Source: Nitrospirae bacterium MYbin3
Lineage (GTDB): Bacteria; Nitrospirota; Thermodesulfovibrionia; Thermodesulfovibrionales; Dissulfurispiraceae
Direction of reading: 5' to 3'
NCBI GenBank assembly: GCA_002753335.1
Contig: PEAD01000006.1
Span: forward strand, 62,001-125,344
DNA: 63,344 nt
The position numbers and the translations under genes were made by a program. Positions 38,257-48,374 of this stretch are shown here, piece after piece; the first letter of the stretch is position 1; the number at the start of each line of letters is the position of its first letter. The notes beneath the pieces were generated by a model. The model saw only the letters and a program-made list of their open reading frames with translations. It had not been told where the DNA came from and did no database searches.

Positions 38257-41104
38257 TGCTGTTCTCCCTTTTTCCACCGGTAAAGAAATGATTTTCCAGA
38301 GCTGTCTTCAACCTGGCAAACTCCATGTCCAGTTCTGGAAGGAGTAACAATGCTTTTTTTAGGTCGCCAGACTTTCCTATCTTTTCCAGTTCGTATGCTG
38401 CTTTCCGCAAGGCTTCACCGCCGATATAGGCCGAGGCACTTTTTATGGAGTGGGCCTGAAGCGTAACTCCCTGAGCGTCGCTATCTTCCAAAGCATTCTT
38501 CAAAGCTTCTATATTGTCAGGTGTGTCTTCAAGAAATATTTTTACCAGATTAAGCTTATGATTATCATCCTCTATGTGTAATTTTTTCATTGCATCAATA
38601 TTAAATACCGGCGATTCGGATGACTCCTGTTCCTCTTGAGGTATAACATAAGCATTATTGCTCATGTCAACCGCTTGTACTATCGTTTTTGAAACATCCT
38701 TCGGCAGCCATTTTTCAAGGACTTCAGCCAGCGCATTTGGATAAACAGGTTTGAATATACAGTCATTCATGCCTGCTTCAATGCACTTCTCCTTATCCCC
38801 CTTCATGGCGTTAGCAGTCATGGCAATTATGGGCACACCGTGATTAAGAACTTTGGAGTCAGGGTTGCGGATTTGGAGTGAGGCTTGGTATCCATCCATC
38901 TCCGGCATCTGGCAGTCCATGAGCACTAAATCGTAAGCGACGTTTTCAAGTGCGGTGACTGCTTCCGCACCGTTGGAGGCAATGTCAACATTATTCAAAT
39001 CGAACTTCTTCAATAGACCTACTGCCACCTGCTGGTTGGTTATATTATCCTCTGCCAGTAGTATGCGAACCATAGCCATATCCCGCTGAATTTCACGAAT
39101 GGGGTGGCTTGTACTCTTTGTCTGTTTGTTCTCCGTATCTATTGGGTCCTTGCCTGTTAGGACGGCAGAAAGACATTCAGCCATCTCTTTATTACGGAGC
39201 GGCTTGACTAAGCAAGCCGCGAATCCTATTTCCTTCATCAGCTTAGCATCGACTCGGTTTACAATAGAACAGCAAAGTACCAATCGGGTCTCCTTTAGCT
39301 TTTCATCAGTTTTTATCCTCTTAGCCAAGGTCAAGCCGTCCATCCCCGGCATATGTATATCTATAATAGCCACTTGGAAAGGATCTCCGGCATCTATGGC
39401 ACTATAAAGAGACTGTAGCGCATGGGCTCCGTCTATGGCGCTCTCAGTGAGTATTCCCCAAGCCGATAATTGAAAAGTCATAACCTCGCAATTGGTAGCA
39501 TTGTCGTCCACAACAAGGACATGTGATCCACGCACTTCGTTAAGCTGTAGTAGTACATGTTCCTGTTCCGCTTGCTTAGCCAAACAAGCCGTAAACCAGA
39601 ACTCAGCTCCCTTGCCTTCAGCGCTCACTATGCCAATCTCCCCCCCCATCATTTCTACTAACTGCTTAGAAATGGCCAATCCCAGACCGGTCCCGCCATA
39701 CTGGCGTGTAGTTGAGGAGTCGGCCTGAGTGAACTTTTGAAACAGACTCTCTTGTTTGTCTGCTGGAATACCTATACCGGAGTCCTTTATCGAAAATCTT
39801 ATTATGGCGGCATTATCTGTTTCGGACTCAAGCCTAGCGCGTACAGCAATCTCTCCCTGTGATGTAAACTTTAAAGCATTGCCGGTCAAGTTGATTAGTA
39901 TCTGGCGTAAACGTACAGGGTCACCGCGAAGAAGCAACGGAATATCAGGTGATACCAAGCAGGTGAACTCGATTCCTTTTTCATAGGCCCTCGGTGCCAT
40001 CATAGCTGCAAAATCATCAAAGAAAAAAGCTAAATCAAAGTTGAGAGTCTCCAAATCAAGCTTTCCGGCCTCAATCTTTGATAAGTCCAGAATATCGTTC
40101 AATAATGTCAGAAGGAGTTCTCCGCTGTTGCGAACAGTTTCGGCATAGCGCCTCTGGTCTTCATCTAGTTTTGTGTCAAGTAATAGCTCTATCATCCCTA
40201 TAACCCCGTTCATTGGGGTGCGTATTTCATGGCTCATTGTGGCAAGGAAACTGGACTTCGCAATATTAGCTGCTTCCGCCTTATCCCGCTCTTTAAGCAA
40301 TTCGGCAGTTCTCTCTATTACTGCATTTTCGAGGTTAACGGCCTTTTCATTAAGAATTTGGTAAAGCATCACATTCGTTATTGCTACGGCGGCCTGTGAG
40401 GCAAGTGATAAAATAAATCCAATATTATCTTGCGTGAACGCCACAACTTCTTTGGTTTCGGCGTCTATCGCATTTATTAGCTGAAGCACTCCGATAATTT
40501 TCTTTTCTTTATTCCTCAGAGGAACTACTAACATAGATTTTGAGCGATAGCAAGCTTTTGAGTCGAATTCCTTTGTGCCTGTGAAATCAAACCCTTCAGC
40601 CTCATAAACATCAGGTATGTTGACAGTCTCTCCTGTTATCGCTACGTAAGATGAAACATTGGAGAAGTTAGGCTGCCCGTTTTTTTTCATAAGAACGGGA
40701 AGCCATGTTATCGGACCTGAAGTCCCTCCCATCCTTGTTTTCATCGTAGCGTTCTGTACTATAGCAAATTCGAGGCATTGCTGGTCTTCGTTAAGTATGT
40801 AAAGCGTTCCTGCGTCAGCTGTTGAAAAGTTACGCGCTTCATCAACTATCTTTTCTAGCAACTTATTAAGATTCTGTTCTGCCGAAAGGGCGATTCCGAT
40901 TTCGTTTAGCCTGTTTATATGTGCTAGCTGTTTGTCGGCGTATTCTTTGACTTTTGCTATTATCTTATCCAGAGTGCATCCGAGTTGATTACAGGCAGAA
41001 AGTGAAAGCTCCTGAGTTTTCGCATAGGAGTCTATTTCTGCCGCAATGCCCTCAAGAATCTTATTCAGCTTTTTATTGTCGGAATAGTAAATGGCTGGTT
41101 CCAT
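38243..41104 (-). CDS. Cytoplasmic hybrid histidine kinase (GAF-HisKA-HATPase-REC-REC-Hpt)
   Basis: [21 protein letters not shown], two REC domains, AHSIKS Hpt. Confidence 0.93.
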   Translation of the reverse strand: MEPAIYYSDNKKLNKILEGIAAEIDSYAKTQELSLSACNQLGCTLDKIIAKVKEYADKQLAHINRLNEIGIALSAEQNLNKLLEKIVDEARNFSTADAGTLYILNEDQQCLEFAIVQNATMKTRMGGTSGPITWLPVLMKKNGQPNFSNVSSYVAITGETVNIPDVYEAEGFDFTGTKEFDSKACYRSKSMLVVPLRNKEKKIIGVLQLINAIDAETKEVVAFTQDNIGFILSLASQAAVAITNVMLYQILNEKAVNLENAVIERTAELLKERDKAEAANIAKSSFLATMSHEIRTPMNGVIGMIELLLDTKLDEDQRRYAETVRNSGELLLTLLNDILDLSKIEAGKLDLETLNFDLAFFFDDFAAMMAPRAYEKGIEFTCLVSPDIPLLLRGDPVRLRQILINLTGNALKFTSQGEIAVRARLESETDNAAIIRFSIKDSGIGIPADKQESLFQKFTQADSSTTRQYGGTGLGLAISKQLVEMMGGEIGIVSAEGKGAEFWFTACLAKQAEQEHVLLQLNEVRGSHVLVVDDNATNCEVMTFQLSAWGILTESAIDGAHALQSLYSAIDAGDPFQVAIIDIHMPGMDGLTLAKRIKTDEKLKETRLVLCCSIVNRVDAKLMKEIGFAACLVKPLRNKEMAECLSAVLTGKDPIDTENKQTKSTSHPIREIQRDMAMVRILLAEDNITNQQVAVGLLKKFDLNNVDIASNGAEAVTALENVAYDLVLMDCQMPEMDGYQASLQIRNPDSKVLNHGVPIIAMTANAMKGDKEKCIEAGMNDCIFKPVYPNALAEVLEKWLPKDVSKTIVQAVDMSNNAYVIPQEEQESSESPVFNIDAMKKLHIEDDNHKLNLVKIFLEDTPDNIEALKNALEDSDAQGVTLQAHSIKSASAYIGGEALRKAAYELEKIGKSGDLKKALLLLPELDMEFARLKTALENHFFTGGKRENSNGEL

Positions 41105-41246
41105 ATGGAATAATTATATATTGTGGGCTCCGTTTTAGCATAGATACAGGTGCAATTATACATACTGTATACTGTATAGTAGATGGCGAATTAACACCGG
41201 GTTTAAGAAAATTCCGAAGCACTGTTGTGTTTTTAAAAAAACTTGA

Positions 41247-42005
41247 ATGGACGTGTGTTCAAATTTGAAAAGCGATATTAAAAAGCAGTTTGACGAAGCA
41301 AAAGAAGATTACAATCAGGTTGGTGGATGGACCGCTTTCATTTCTGGTCAATGGATGTGGCACCTTATACACAAGGCATTTGCTAATTACTGGGAAAGTG
41401 CTGATGTTGAATATTTTGAAACAAAATATCAGACAAAAGATAAATCCAAACTTTCCCAAAAGTTAATCGCTGCTGCCGCTAAGAACTCAACAATGCTTGG
41501 TGGTGTGACTGGTGCAGTAATTTCAGTTGATGAAATTTCTGCCATTGTTACAGGTGGGGGAGGTGGTGTGATGCTCCCTGCCAAAATATCCATAGCTGCA
41601 GCTGCTCTGGGTGCTGAAGCTATTTTAATGATACGCTTCCAACTGGAACTTGTGGCGAACCTGGCAAAACTTTATGGCGTGCCAATTGATACTAATGATC
41701 CGGAAGATATACTTGTAATATTCGCTTTTGCATTCGGAGGCACTGCAGCAGATACTGCCGTCAAATCCGGCATGAAGGTTGGAGGGAAACTGGCTGGAGG
41801 CCATGCCAAGGCTGCATATAACAATCAAGTTCTTGCAGCATTAAAAAGCATTGCAGCGAAAATAGGCGTCAAGATTCTGCAACGTAATACACTTAAATAT
41901 GCAATACCAATAGCATCAATAGGAATTGGCTCCGGATGGAACTACGCTGCTACAAAAGCGGTTGGAAAGATAGCAATAAAACATTTTGAACAAAGGCTTG
42001 ATTAA
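41247..42005 (+). CDS. EcsC-like / DUF697-related membrane-associated protein
   Basis: Gly/Ala-rich helices, Q..LV..LA.LYG and IP....IG.GWN..AT..VG..A pattern. Confidence 0.6.
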   Translation: MDVCSNLKSDIKKQFDEAKEDYNQVGGWTAFISGQWMWHLIHKAFANYWESADVEYFETKYQTKDKSKLSQKLIAAAAKNSTMLGGVTGAVISVDEISAIVTGGGGGVMLPAKISIAAAALGAEAILMIRFQLELVANLAKLYGVPIDTNDPEDILVIFAFAFGGTAADTAVKSGMKVGGKLAGGHAKAAYNNQVLAALKSIAAKIGVKILQRNTLKYAIPIASIGIGSGWNYAATKAVGKIAIKHFEQRLD

Positions 42006-42070
42006 GGAATTATTTAATTTTGCCCAGCTTTATTTTTGCCATTTCAGAATAGAAACATGAGAATTTTTAT

Positions 42071-43426
42071 ATGGATATGACAACTACTTTAGATCATGGC
42101 TATCTTTTTGGGATTATATTATTAGGATTAATCTCCATTGCCAGTCTGTACCCACAAGGCTTTTCTTTTAAGCTTTTTCGAATCGTTTTAGTATTCAGCA
42201 TAGCGTCCATTATTATGTCTTTTGCAGTAACAGGGTATGTTTATCGATATATGGTTATAGCCTATTCATTGATAATGCTGACCTTTAGTATATATTCGAC
42301 TTCTGTTTTATTTAAAACATATCCAAACAATAAAAAAGAAGCCACATTGTCACTTGTTTCACTCCTCTTGCTTATAACCACTTCTGTTAATGATTTATTA
42401 TTGCATGAAAATGTTATCCAAACCGTAAGCCTTGTGCCTTTAGGGGTATTGATTTTTGTCTTTGCACAATCGTCTATATTATTTTACCGGTTCACGAAAT
42501 CTTCAATTCATTCCTCAGATGCCTTTTCACAATTAGAAGCGTATGAGCGTTTTGTGCCAAATGAATTTATTAGAAATATGAACAAGAAAAATATTGTTGA
42601 TGTGAAACTGGGAGACAACACAGAAAAGAAAATGTCTATCTTGTTTTCTGATATGCGCAATTTTACGGCCCTATCAGAAATCATGACTCCCGAAGAAAAT
42701 TTTAAGTTCCTCAATACATACTTGACCGTAATGGGACCAGTAATTAAAAGCCATCATGGGTTCATTGATAAATATATGGGCGACGCAATTATGGCTCTGT
42801 TCGATACAAATGCTGATGATTCTCTAAGAAGCGCTATAGAAATGCTGCGTAAACTTGTTGAGTATAATAAAGGACGAGAACGAGCCAAGTATGTTCCTAT
42901 TAATATTGGGATTGGTATCAACACAGGGAGTTTACGAATAGGAATAATCGGAGAGCATGACAGAATGGAGGCAACTGTCATAAGCGATGCTGTTAATACA
43001 GCCTCCCGTATTGAGGGGATAACAAAAAAATATGGGGTGCCTCTTTTAATCAGTGGTGCAACTTATACAGCCTTAGAGGATACTTCACAATACAAAATGA
43101 GAAGAATCGGCATGGTAAGGGTCAAAGGAAAGGAAAAGTGGACGCCGATATGGGAGGTTTTTGATGCTGACACGCCTGATAGCATCAAGCACAAACTGGA
43201 ACTTAAACCTATATTTGATGAGGCCATATCTATGTATGAATCAAAACAATTTGAAAAAGCTTATAATTTGTTCCAAAATTGCCATATTCGCAATCCACAC
43301 GACAAACCGGCTAAATATTTTATAGACAAATGTTGGGTAAATATGAACAGGAAAGATAACAATGAGGGGGCTGGAATAGCTAGGCGTATTATTTATGAAA
43401 GAAGTGATGATGATTTTGATGTTTAG
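42071..43426 (+). CDS. Membrane-bound class III adenylate cyclase
   Basis: TM region; FSDMRNFT, DKYMGDAIMA, GIGINTG, TVISDAVNTASRIEG. Confidence 0.9.
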   Translation: MDMTTTLDHGYLFGIILLGLISIASLYPQGFSFKLFRIVLVFSIASIIMSFAVTGYVYRYMVIAYSLIMLTFSIYSTSVLFKTYPNNKKEATLSLVSLLLLITTSVNDLLLHENVIQTVSLVPLGVLIFVFAQSSILFYRFTKSSIHSSDAFSQLEAYERFVPNEFIRNMNKKNIVDVKLGDNTEKKMSILFSDMRNFTALSEIMTPEENFKFLNTYLTVMGPVIKSHHGFIDKYMGDAIMALFDTNADDSLRSAIEMLRKLVEYNKGRERAKYVPINIGIGINTGSLRIGIIGEHDRMEATVISDAVNTASRIEGITKKYGVPLLISGATYTALEDTSQYKMRRIGMVRVKGKEKWTPIWEVFDADTPDSIKHKLELKPIFDEAISMYESKQFEKAYNLFQNCHIRNPHDKPAKYFIDKCWVNMNRKDNNEGAGIARRIIYERSDDDFDV

Positions 43427-43526
43427 TAATAGTTTGCTGAAAATGAATTTCGCAAGCAGGACATTGCAATTTACTAGTCGTCACAGCATAATAACGACTT
43501 ACATCAAACAATAACATAAGGAGATT

Positions 43527-44027
43527 ATGAACAATATGCAGCCACAATTTAAAGACATGACTGTTGGAGAAAGAGAGGCATGGACAGAAGATGTTATCAG
43601 GAACTACGCTTACGGGGCTGCTGCGGTTGGACTTGTTCCGCTCCCTTTTATAGAGCTTGTTGCTCTTACCGGTCTGCAGCTGAAATTGATTCATAGTCTT
43701 TCAATATTTTATGCAGTACCATTTTTGGAGGAACGGAGCAAAAAAATCATAGTTTCGCTAGCAGGCGCATCTGCACCTATAGGTTTGACAAGAGCGGTCT
43801 GCAGTGTCTTAAAAATAGTCCCTATGGTGGGGTTATTAGCAGGATTCGTGGTAATGCCCGCACTAGCAGGCGCATCCACCTACGCAATTGGCAAGATATT
43901 CGTGCGCCATTTCGAGTCGGGCGGTACGTTCCTTAACTTCGATATAATTAAGGCAAAAGGTTACTACGAAGAGCAGGTTAAAAAAGGCAGGGAAGTTATT
44001 GCGGAATTAAAGAAGCAAAACAATTAG
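43527..44027 (+). CDS. DUF697/YcjF-like protein (paralog A)
   Basis: GLVPLPFIELVALTGLQ...ASTYAIGKIF..HFESGG. Confidence 0.8.
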   Translation: MNNMQPQFKDMTVGEREAWTEDVIRNYAYGAAAVGLVPLPFIELVALTGLQLKLIHSLSIFYAVPFLEERSKKIIVSLAGASAPIGLTRAVCSVLKIVPMVGLLAGFVVMPALAGASTYAIGKIFVRHFESGGTFLNFDIIKAKGYYEEQVKKGREVIAELKKQNN

Positions 44028-44098
44028 GTTACCGCCAGATAACTAGAGACTTACAGGATATAACAAAAAAAATGTTATAAAAAGGAGTGCTTTAAAAA

Positions 44099-44587
44099 AT
44101 GAATAACATTTCTGATGCATTGGCTAGAGAAAACAAACTCAAAATAATGCGGGCACTTTCCTTTTTTGCCCCTTTTTCAAGCGAGGAATTGGATATTATT
44201 ATCCAAACAAGTAATTGGCTAAAGTTCAGTTCGGGCGATATCATCGTAAAAGAGGGAGATAATGGGAGGTCATTTTTCATAATATTGCAGGGTAGAGTTT
44301 GTATTCAGAAAAAATTAGGTGTTTCCACAAAAAAAACACTTTTGTGTTTAAATAGGGGCCAATGTTTTGGGGAAGCAGCAGTCGTAACAGGAGAACCTAG
44401 GAGTGCTGATGCAGTTGCAGAGCTTGAAACTTATCTTATGAGAATAGATGCTGAAGATTTGGATAAAGAAGAAGAATCCTTACAGTTCAGGTCAGTGCAG
44501 TTTAAGTTTTATAAAATATTCTCTAAAATACTTGCAAAAAGGCTCATCCTGACAAACGACTTGCTTATGAAAGAAAGCAGGTTTTAA
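44099..44587 (+). CDS. Stand-alone cyclic-nucleotide-binding domain protein
   Basis: EGD.G.SFFII..G.V, FGEAA...PRSAD. Confidence 0.88.
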   Translation: MNNISDALARENKLKIMRALSFFAPFSSEELDIIIQTSNWLKFSSGDIIVKEGDNGRSFFIILQGRVCIQKKLGVSTKKTLLCLNRGQCFGEAAVVTGEPRSADAVAELETYLMRIDAEDLDKEEESLQFRSVQFKFYKIFSKILAKRLILTNDLLMKESRF

Positions 44588-44601
44588 GCTAAATTAAACA
44601 G

Positions 44602-47169
44602 CTAACCGTTCAGCAAAAGCTCAAACTGCTCACGCAAAACCTTTTCGGTAAAAGGCTCGTCCAGAGGGATTTCCTGAAGCTGCCATTCTTTTATGCAGCT
44701 TTCGATATCGAGATTCCGCTCTGTAATCTTTAAGGCGAACTCATTAAAATAGTTGTACCTGACTTCAAAGTTTTCATGGATAAACCACTTTGTTCTGCTA
44801 TAAGAAAATACCTTATTCACCTCGGACAAAGCCTCGCTGAACATGATATGAAGCCTTTCTCTTTGAAAATGCGCGGCTGCGGGATAGACAAGCAGCAATT
44901 TATCTTTGTGCTTGCTTATCAAATTGAAAAACAGATTCCTTTCGACTATATCGGTCAGCGCAGAGGCAACCCTGTGCAGGTCATCCACCATTAACTGTAT
45001 CACATCAGCTTTCTCGCATAACTTGTTGGCCTCCGCAATCTCGAGAGACTTGAAATCATTGCCCAAAACATAAAAAGAAACCTCATTGCCAAGCTCATCG
45101 TCGATATCTATATTTCTGATATCAGCGCTCTTTTCTTGTAGGTTTATCGAAACAGGCGGCTTGCTCTCAAGCAAACGGGCGAGGTCTTCATTGTTCAGCC
45201 TGAACAGATGGCGCAAGAAACTGATCTGGGCTCCGTAATCATGCCCGATAAAAACGATATTCTTTTTGGGTTTGCTCGAAATGGCGTCCAGCTCTTTTAG
45301 ATAACAAAAATGGAACATATTCTCGAACAACCGGCTGCCGAGCTGCATAAATAAATTCCTATTGTCCGATCTTCTGCGGGGGATACCAGTTTGCGAAGCA
45401 AATCCTGCATATGCGGAGCCTTTGAACACCATCTGATCTGCGCCGCAGTATTCAGCTATAGCTCCTGTCAATATGTCGAGGTCGCTGCTGATATCTGCTA
45501 AACTGTCGCACCGGGCGTCATCGTAACAAAAACCTGTATCGATATTCCGGATATCATCTTCAAGAGCGGCTATCTTTTTCTGCAGCGGCTCGATATAAGA
45601 GTAATAAACAGATTTTTCCCACCAGTCCAAATGATTTAGCAATGGTTCAAAATATAGCTGCAATGATACACCGATGTCCGCAATGTATTTCTGCTTGTCG
45701 ATATATTCGTCAGTTATAGCCTTCTGTCCCTGCCATGAGGAAAGCTTTGTAGGACTTCCCACTATACCCAACGCCTCTGCCACACGCTTTTTCTGAACAT
45801 TAGGCAAAGAGAAATCTCTCTGAACAATATTCTGTATATCCTTTCTTCTTACCTCAAGATCAACACCCTTAAAATATTCCCTGTATCTCTCTTTTGCGCT
45901 GTCCAAAGAGTCCAGAAAATCATCTTTTATCTTTTTGATCCTCTCTCCTATAGCATGCGCCTTGGCAATAAATTCCTTGTCATGCATAGGATTGAAGTCA
46001 TACCTGTATGCAAATATCCTTGAAAGCTCGGCGCTGTATCTGTCAAATAATACTGAATGGTCTAACTTTACTGTCCAGTTCGAAGCAATCTCGTTTTTGT
46101 CATTCAAAATCTTATCAAGATCATCTTTTATTTTATTCAGGTACTTTGTTTTCTCTTCTAGACCGCCTTCTTTGCGCTCCCCTTTTTTTGCGGTGCTTTT
46201 CAGCAGGTCGCTCAGCGCCTTTACCGAATCTATAGTTATCCTCAGATTTTTTGAAACATGGGAGGATCTCAGCCGTGCTGCAGCATTATCAATCGCATGC
46301 GCTAACTCTTCAAAGCCCGATTCCTGCCATGCAGCCAGGTCCTTATTTTTCAAATAATCACGGGCAACTGTTGTTTCTATCTGTACGATAGGAGCATCTT
46401 TTAATTTTGGATAATGCTCGATAGACTGCTGAAAAGCCCCTTTATGCCTTGCAAGCTGAGCGGTTACGGATACTGTTGTTCCGTCCCCATTGCTCTGCTC
46501 AACCACCGCCCCCTTGCAGGTCTGCACAAAAACAACCTGCTGGTCTGCATCCATTATCTGATTAAGGGTCCTTCTATCCGTTCCTTTCATCGGACTTCCC
46601 ATAGAAGAGACATATATGATCAAATCAGCCTGAGGCAGAAATTCACGCAGCGTAAGGTCCTCGTGCTCTTTCAAGCCGTAGGCGTCAAGTCCCGGGGTAT
46701 CGGCTATTTCGATGTCATTATCCAGAAGGAATGTGGGCAGGGAAAGTCTTATGAATTTTACATTGTATCTGTTTTGGGGGTTCTCGTCTTCTGAAGTGTA
46801 TTTAGATAGAGGCTCGGCCAGAACATCATTGCCAAATTTTTCTATTGTCCTGCCGTCCTCAAAATGTATCTCCAACCTCGGCTCTGCCGATTTTGCGCAG
46901 AAGGTTATCATATTAGTGGTTGCCTTGGCCTGCTCTTTTAGTATCTTTTTCTCTGTGCCTAGCAGGATATTTAACAGTGAGGATTTTCCTGAACTGGTAA
47001 TGCCGACCAAACCGCTTCTTATCGTATAATTTGAGAATTCGGCTATGATTCCTTTCAGCCCGGTTATTCTCTTTTCTAGCTGATCAATATTAAGGCTTTC
47101 AAGCTGCGACAGGGCTTGGGCAAGATTGCCTAAAAATTCCTGAACTCTTATATCATTGCCGGTTATCAT
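44602..47169 (-). CDS. Dynamin-like GTPase (copy 2)
   Basis: Same G1/G2/G3 motifs; full-length paralog of 29029-31605. Confidence 0.8.
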   Translation of the reverse strand: MITGNDIRVQEFLGNLAQALSQLESLNIDQLEKRITGLKGIIAEFSNYTIRSGLVGITSSGKSSLLNILLGTEKKILKEQAKATTNMITFCAKSAEPRLEIHFEDGRTIEKFGNDVLAEPLSKYTSEDENPQNRYNVKFIRLSLPTFLLDNDIEIADTPGLDAYGLKEHEDLTLREFLPQADLIIYVSSMGSPMKGTDRRTLNQIMDADQQVVFVQTCKGAVVEQSNGDGTTVSVTAQLARHKGAFQQSIEHYPKLKDAPIVQIETTVARDYLKNKDLAAWQESGFEELAHAIDNAAARLRSSHVSKNLRITIDSVKALSDLLKSTAKKGERKEGGLEEKTKYLNKIKDDLDKILNDKNEIASNWTVKLDHSVLFDRYSAELSRIFAYRYDFNPMHDKEFIAKAHAIGERIKKIKDDFLDSLDSAKERYREYFKGVDLEVRRKDIQNIVQRDFSLPNVQKKRVAEALGIVGSPTKLSSWQGQKAITDEYIDKQKYIADIGVSLQLYFEPLLNHLDWWEKSVYYSYIEPLQKKIAALEDDIRNIDTGFCYDDARCDSLADISSDLDILTGAIAEYCGADQMVFKGSAYAGFASQTGIPRRRSDNRNLFMQLGSRLFENMFHFCYLKELDAISSKPKKNIVFIGHDYGAQISFLRHLFRLNNEDLARLLESKPPVSINLQEKSADIRNIDIDDELGNEVSFYVLGNDFKSLEIAEANKLCEKADVIQLMVDDLHRVASALTDIVERNLFFNLISKHKDKLLLVYPAAAHFQRERLHIMFSEALSEVNKVFSYSRTKWFIHENFEVRYNYFNEFALKITERNLDIESCIKEWQLQEIPLDEPFTEKVLREQFELLLNG
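44607..44645. repeat. 39-bp direct repeat, right copy (within the dynamin 2 3' end)
   Basis: Identical to 34216-34254. Confidence 0.9.
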
Positions 47170-47186
47170 TCTTCCGCCAAAAAAAA

Positions 47187-48230
47187 TTACAACTCGGTTC
47201 CTGGTGAAGTGATTTTTGATACATTATTAACGATTGTTTCGCTCGCGGCAGAGGACCTCTGCCAAATCTCCTGAAGCTCCTTAATCTTGTTTTCAAACTC
47301 CGCTTTCTTGCTCGAATACATTGCAGCCTCAGACTCGAGCCGCTGAACGTAGCTGTAAAGCACATGCCTCAACTCGGCCAACTCATCCTTAATCGTAGAA
47401 ACCTGATCAGAAATTATCCCCTTTTCTCTCTCAAAACTCTCCTCAATATATTTCTTCAATTCATCGATAGGGCTCTCGGTCTTCCCTGTAGTCGATTTCT
47501 TCAGGTTGTCAATCAAGGCTTGTGTCTTGCCGGTAAAACTGGTCATCTGATTCTCTAATATTTCCTTTAGAGAATCGTAGCTCGCAATTTTCTTCAATGC
47601 ATCCTGCATGCCGGACAGCTCAGATTTCAAAGCATCGTTGCTTGCGACTTTCTTCAGCACGTCCTGTATCCCAAACAACTCAGACTTTAAGGCATCGTGA
47701 CTTGCAACTTTCTTCAGTGCATCCTGTATCGCGAATAATTCGGCTTTTAAAACATCTTGTCCTGTGACTTTCTTCAACTGGTCCTGTATCCCGGACAGCT
47801 CAGCTTTCAAGGCGTCGTGATTTTCTGCCTTCTTTAGTTCCTCTTTTATGCCTGATAGTTCGCTCTTCAGCGAGTCATTGCTTGCGGCTTTCTTCAGTGC
47901 ATCCTGTATGCCTGCCAATTCGGTCTTGATAAAGGTCTGCAATTCTATGTCCGGTTTGTTTTGCCGCTCCAACCTGTCATCTATTTGTTTCTTAATATCA
48001 CTGATCGAATTATTCAGATTTAGTCTGGATAAGTTTTCTGTTTCGGATATTGTTTTTCTAAGAAGGTCGGTTTCTGTCTTAATCTTTTCAGCAACACTGT
48101 CAGTTATCTCCCGAACCAGCATTCCGCTGATAAGTTCGGCCATCTGCTTTCCTACATTGGCACCAATCTCCTCAGACAATTTAGATATAATGGTTTTGCT
48201 TACTATATCTATGTAAAAATCATCCTTCAT
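47187..48230 (-). CDS. Coiled-coil partner of dynamin copy 2, with 20-aa tandem repeats
   Basis: Paralog of the 31606 gene; six EL.GIQD.LKKVAS.D.LK. units. Confidence 0.75.
   Translation of the reverse strand: MKDDFYIDIVSKTIISKLSEEIGANVGKQMAELISGMLVREITDSVAEKIKTETDLLRKTISETENLSRLNLNNSISDIKKQIDDRLERQNKPDIELQTFIKTELAGIQDALKKAASNDSLKSELSGIKEELKKAENHDALKAELSGIQDQLKKVTGQDVLKAELFAIQDALKKVASHDALKSELFGIQDVLKKVASNDALKSELSGMQDALKKIASYDSLKEILENQMTSFTGKTQALIDNLKKSTTGKTESPIDELKKYIEESFEREKGIISDQVSTIKDELAELRHVLYSYVQRLESEAAMYSSKKAEFENKIKELQEIWQRSSAASETIVNNVSKITSPGTEL
47562..47921 (-). repeat. Six imperfect 60-bp coding tandem repeats
   Basis: 60-nt periodicity visible between successive lines (CTTGC.ACTTTCTTCAG...TCCTGTATC); ends approximate. 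Confidence 0.85.
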
Positions 48231-48374
48231 CGAATACCCCCTGCAGGAAAAAAATTCCCCTATTTTTAAGATAGTTATAAATTATAGCAGGCATACGGCC
48301 TTAAAAACTATTGCAATTTAAAAATCGCCGTAAGCATAATAAAAGATAAATTTTAATACTGATGCGAGGTGCTT

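Larger units (their letters stand above)
34216..44645. mobile_element. Putative ~10.4 kb inserted island bounded by direct repeats
   Basis: Flanking 39-bp repeats, TA relic at the left edge, visibly AT-rich segment at 41.1-44.6 kb; no integrase inside. Confidence 0.55.

Noticed and set aside
42071..44587. Pycsar-type defence system (cyclase + cNMP effector)
   Set aside because: The cyclase is membrane-bound with ATP-type specificity residues, and the cNMP protein has no TIR or TM effector domain
47562..47921. 60-bp periodic repeat as a CRISPR array
   Set aside because: In-frame coding repeats without a repeat-spacer structure; no cas genes
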